30,528 nucleotides of DNA. Source: Promethearchaeota archaeon (GTDB lineage: Archaea; Asgardarchaeota; Lokiarchaeia; Sigyniarchaeales; SOKP01). The notes below the pieces were generated by a model, which saw only the letters and a program-made list of their open reading frames with translations, did not search any database and was not told the origin of the DNA. The position numbers and the translations under genes are program-made. This document shows, piece by piece, positions 27,017-30,528 of this stretch; the stretch's first letter is position 1, and each line of letters begins with the position of its first letter. The stretch is taken from contig JBHLNZ010000038.1 in the NCBI GenBank assembly GCA_048941015.1, positions 1-30,528 of the forward strand, given 5' to 3'.

Positions 27017-28186
27017 TCAGGATCTTGAATAACTCCTTTTTAATAAATTCTTCACATCCTCGAAGCCAGCAATTTTTGGATGCAAAGTATAATTCCGGAG
27101 TTTAAATGTATCTTGAGCAATGTCTTCAAGTTTACTTTCAGGAACATTTTTATCTTTCAAACTCATCCATAAACCAATTTCTTTTAGGAATGAGTTTATT
27201 TCTTCACAACATTTCTCAGCAGCACTCTCATCAGGTATAGTATCTAATTTAGGATTAAATAGGCGGGCTACTAATGCATATTTTTCAATTGTTTCTTTCC
27301 AAGTCCAACGATTTATTTCTGGATAAACGATTGCGAGACTCTCTCCGTGAATAATATCTGGAATATTACCCCCAATAGCCATACCTATCCCATGCGGGAG
27401 TGTTGTTCCTATATTTGCAATACAGAGTCCTCCCAGAGTAGCAGCAAATGAAAGGGCTTCTCTTGCTTCTCTATTTAGCCCATCTTTGACTGCGATAGGA
27501 AGATATTTTATTATTTTCTTTAATGAATCCAAGGCGTATAGATCGATGAAATCCGAGGCGTTCTTATTAATAAATGGCTCAAAGGAGTGAGAAAAAGCGT
27601 CAAAACCAGTCGAAGCTGTAATATGTGGTGGAACAGTTAATGTAAGTTCAGGATCAATAATTGAAATCTTTGGATTAAGGCTCCAATCGGCAAGTGCAGA
27701 TTTAAAGTTATCCTCAGAATTTTTAATAACTGCCATATTTGTAACTTCGGCTCCTGTACCTGCTGTTGTAGGAACTGCTATAATAGGAAGGACTTTTGCG
27801 CTTTCAATCCGCTTTTGTCCAAGGCGATAATTCCACACATCTTCTTTATGTGTAGCACCAACAGCAATACCCTTAGCAGTATCAATACTGGACCCTCCTC
27901 CTAGACCTATAATAACATCAACCTCATTTTCAGCAGCCAATTTAGAGCCTAAATTTACGCATTCATTTGTAGGATTGGGAATTACTCCATCAAAATGAAT
28001 AACTTCAACTCTTTCTTTCTCACATAAATTTATCACTTTTTCAAATAATGGTTTCATTGTAGGAAATGATTTAACCGTAACAAGTAAAGCTTTTTTTCCA
28101 TTTCTTTTTACGATATTTCCAATTTCATTTATAGACCCCCAACCAAACCTAATACGTGTTGGATTATAAAAATTGAATTCTCTCAT
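27017..28186 (-). CDS. Iron-containing alcohol dehydrogenase
   Basis: NPTRIRFGWG, PNP, GGGSSIDTAK, PTTAGTGAE, IDPELT, DAFSHSFE, LPHG, HGE metal ligands. Confidence 0.93.
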   Translation of the reverse strand: MREFNFYNPTRIRFGWGSINEIGNIVKRNGKKALLVTVKSFPTMKPLFEKVINLCEKERVEVIHFDGVIPNPTNECVNLGSKLAAENEVDVIIGLGGGSSIDTAKGIAVGATHKEDVWNYRLGQKRIESAKVLPIIAVPTTAGTGAEVTNMAVIKNSEDNFKSALADWSLNPKISIIDPELTLTVPPHITASTGFDAFSHSFEPFINKNASDFIDLYALDSLKKIIKYLPIAVKDGLNREAREALSFAATLGGLCIANIGTTLPHGIGMAIGGNIPDIIHGESLAIVYPEINRWTWKETIEKYALVARLFNPKLDTIPDESAAEKCCEEINSFLKEIGLWMSLKDKNVPESKLEDIAQDTFKLRNYTLHPKIAGFEDVKNLLKRSYSRS

Positions 28187-28364
28187 AATACATCAAAGAA
28201 TTAGCTCAAATTTAAAGTATTTCATTTACTTTGTTACTTAAGATCATGATAAAATTTTATATTGAAATTATTACTTCCAAGAATGAAGTCTCGGAGCATA
28301 AGTGAAAAGAAAAAAAAGAGAGAAGTTTAATTTATGTTATTTCTTTTTAATGGTCTTAATGAAA

Positions 28365-29312
28365 TTACAGATTAAAAAGTTTTTGGGCATTTCCGCTAAG
28401 AATGTTGTTTATCTCGTCTTGAGTAAATGTTATTCCATATTGCTTTGCTTTCTCTGGAATTTCCTTAATCCATTGTACCCAATCTTTCGTAGATAAGGCC
28501 GTTTCAAGATAAGGCCAATCAGTTCCAAACATGAGCCTTTCTTTGAGAGGGGTCCCTAATATTGCTTTCATATTAAGAACACTTCTTAATGTTTTCAAAA
28601 AGTATTCGGGCATTGCTTGTGCTTGAATTTGATATCCCGAGAGTTCTGCATAGACGTTTGGTCTCGATCCCATGATTTCCGCACACTTAAGGGTATAGCT
28701 CAAACTTCCAAAATGTACCAAAACAATCTTTAATCTCGGGAATTTTGCTGCAATAGTATCAAGGTAGATCGGATCCGCATATTTCGAAACCATGGGAGCT
28801 GAGATCGTAGCTGCGGTATGGGAATGAAGGGGTACATCCAACTCCACACACTTTTCATACAATGGAAAATATTCAGGATCATCGGGGTAATATCCCGCTG
28901 TTGGATGAAATTTCACACCAATCATACCCCATTCTTTAACCGCTTTTTCAACTAATTCAATTGCTTTAACACCTCTACGTGGATCAACGGCACAGAGAGC
29001 TTTAAGTTTATCAGAATATTCATCAGCTTGTTTTGCGACCCATTGGTTCATTTCTTCTATTGACCAATTAGCTTCGCCCACTTCTGACATGCCATAATCA
29101 ACACCCATAACGATCGTCTTTTTTATTCCTGCTTCATCCATAACTTTCACGTAATTTTCAGCGCTAGATGCCCAAAATAGTGGTAATAAATTCTGATATA
29201 CGCCCTCTTTAGGAATCCCTAACGCAAAACTGTAACTATCTGCAATAAAGTCCCAAAACTTGTCGGACCACATATTTTTATGCGCTAAATGAGAATGTAT
29301 ATTTACAACCAT
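28365..29312 (-). CDS. Amidohydrolase family 2 (metal-dependent TIM barrel)
   Basis: N-terminal HSH, GVKFHP, FPLYEKC, HSH, LVHFG, NVYAELS, FGTDWP, NAQKLF; AGGAGG RBS at 29321-29326 on the minus strand. Confidence 0.9.
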   Translation of the reverse strand: MVVNIHSHLAHKNMWSDKFWDFIADSYSFALGIPKEGVYQNLLPLFWASSAENYVKVMDEAGIKKTIVMGVDYGMSEVGEANWSIEEMNQWVAKQADEYSDKLKALCAVDPRRGVKAIELVEKAVKEWGMIGVKFHPTAGYYPDDPEYFPLYEKCVELDVPLHSHTAATISAPMVSKYADPIYLDTIAAKFPRLKIVLVHFGSLSYTLKCAEIMGSRPNVYAELSGYQIQAQAMPEYFLKTLRSVLNMKAILGTPLKERLMFGTDWPYLETALSTKDWVQWIKEIPEKAKQYGITFTQDEINNILSGNAQKLFNL

Positions 29313-29628
29313 TTAAGTTTCCTCCTTCATAAATTATGTGTTAAAAGGTGATACAACATTAATCAAATTAGAGATATAAATTTTATGGAACAATCAGAAA
29401 CAAAAAATTTTTTCGAATTTCAATGAGAAAATTTTATGGATAAACCCTTTAATTACTTTATTGCGAGTTAATTATATATTTTAATGAGATTAATGAGAGT
29501 TTAATTCCAATTATAAAGATTCTGAAAATTCAATAAAATTAATAATAGAAAGAAACTTAATAGGATGAGTATAGGGAACCTATAAAAAATGAAAAAAGAA
29601 ATTTCAAATATTACTATCGTGATGCGTA

Positions 29629-30363
29629 ATGGAATTTGAAGAGTTAGTTAAATTTAGGAGGAGTTCGAGATGGATGTTCTCAAAAAAACCAATTCCTGAT
29701 TCTGAATTGAAAAAGATTCTTGAAGCAGCTCGTTTCGCGCCAACACCTCATAATTCACAACCATTTGAAATAATTGTTGTAAAGGACGAAGAGGTTAAAA
29801 GGCAACTTTCTGAAGTAGGTTTTAGGCTCGGCAAAAAGGAAGTCGATGAGCATTTCTACTGGGTTCGCTACACCATAGAAGAACTCAAAACTAGAAAAGA
29901 CGGAGTTTATGTCGATGTTTTACCTAAGTTTGTTATGGATTTACAGACTAATCCGAAACTGGTTGAAGACGACGGATTTTGGAGGAAATCAATGCATTTA
30001 TATTCCGCATTAATTCAAAATTCGCAAGTATTATTATTTATTCTTTACAATCAAGAAAGACCCGGAGTTGGTTCGCTAAAGCATTTATGGGGCATAATGA
30101 GTATTGGCGGCGTAATGCAAAATATATGGCTCGCTGCAAATAATCTCGGAATAAGCGCACAACTCGTAAGTGGTCAATTGATGAATATCGAATCAGTCCG
30201 TAAAATTAGAAAAATTCTACACATTCCCGAAAAAGGTTATCGGTTGTTATTGATATTCCGACTTGGATATGAGAGAAAATTTGGGAAATGTGGAACAAAA
30301 TACCGGAGGGAATTGAGCGATTTTGTCCATCTGGATCAATTCTCAAATAATACATTTTTTTAA
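29629..30363 (+). CDS. Nitroreductase family flavoprotein
   Basis: RRSSR, ILEAARFAPTPHNSQPF, MQNIWLAANNLGI, LGY, RREL. Confidence 0.9.
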   Translation: MEFEELVKFRRSSRWMFSKKPIPDSELKKILEAARFAPTPHNSQPFEIIVVKDEEVKRQLSEVGFRLGKKEVDEHFYWVRYTIEELKTRKDGVYVDVLPKFVMDLQTNPKLVEDDGFWRKSMHLYSALIQNSQVLLFILYNQERPGVGSLKHLWGIMSIGGVMQNIWLAANNLGISAQLVSGQLMNIESVRKIRKILHIPEKGYRLLLIFRLGYERKFGKCGTKYRRELSDFVHLDQFSNNTFF

Positions 30364-30421
30364 TGAACTTTATCGTTAACCTTGGAGTAAGGTCCATTAA
30401 AAAAAAAAAATAAAAATAAGT

Positions 30422-30526
30422 TTAAACTTCGGGAGCTGTCATTCCTATAAGTTTATATGCTTCGGGGAAATCCCACATGATCCGAGCTACAAATTTATAA
30501 CCATCAATTTTTTCAGCGGAAAACAA
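30422..30526 (-). CDS. 3' end of a hypothetical protein gene truncated by the window edge
   Basis: Open frame from the window end reads LFSAEKIDGYKFVARIMWDFPEAYKLIGMTAPEV-stop (TAA at 30424-30422), followed on the minus strand by a long T-run (A12 on the + strand, 30399-30410). Confidence 0.6.
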   Translation of the reverse strand: MFSAEKIDGYKFVARIMWDFPEAYKLIGMTAPEV

Positions 30527-30528
30527 AC

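Noticed and set aside
20900-27019. TGA stops of the E1, Rag-like GTPase, second ACD and Fe-ADH as possible selenocysteine codons
   Set aside because: The proteins appear complete at these stops, and the downstream frames I checked give short, non-protein-like extensions.
225-30397. Short ORFs of 60-126 aa overlapping long genes (e.g. 4509-4802, 7757-8011, 24816-25196, 28302-28496, 30206-30397)
   Set aside because: Antisense or alternate-frame shadows of well-supported CDSs, with no motifs.
1-30528. CRISPR arrays, transposases, integrases, defence systems, rRNA/tRNA
   Set aside because: No repeat-spacer periodicity or diagnostic motifs recognised by eye.

Overview
An AT-rich, gene-dense archaeal window that most resembles an Asgard (Lokiarchaeia/Promethearchaeota-type) chromosome. 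This placement is inferred from several eukaryote-like signature proteins and from archaeal BRE/TATA and GGTGA ribosome-binding motifs. From left to right it holds: the edge of a glycosylation locus (two NDP-sugar epimerases and a polytopic GT-C-like membrane protein), a UPF0280 protein, a roadblock gene followed by a longin-GTPase-helical-Pro-rich fusion, aspartate kinase, a Rab-like GTPase, a RACo-type corrinoid activator, a 1640-aa protein built from 14 MIT/TPR-like three-helix units joined by charged helical spacers, a membrane-anchored subtilase, a UBA3-like E1 enzyme with a 79-aa helical insertion, a HAD phosphatase, a Rag/Arf-like GTPase-roadblock fusion, and a metabolic block (VOC protein, two ADP-forming acyl-CoA synthetase alpha subunits, Fe-ADH, amidohydrolase, nitroreductase), ending in a truncated gene. 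The best unexplained signals are (i) a ~100-nt intergenic unit at ~21785-21896 with its own promoter-like and terminator-like motifs that folds into a long three-helix rod hairpin burying the RBS and start codon of a 26-codon ORF, and (ii) the periodic poly-MIT-like scaffold protein. I recognised no tRNA, rRNA, CRISPR array or transposase. All family calls come from motif recognition by eye, without database searches.
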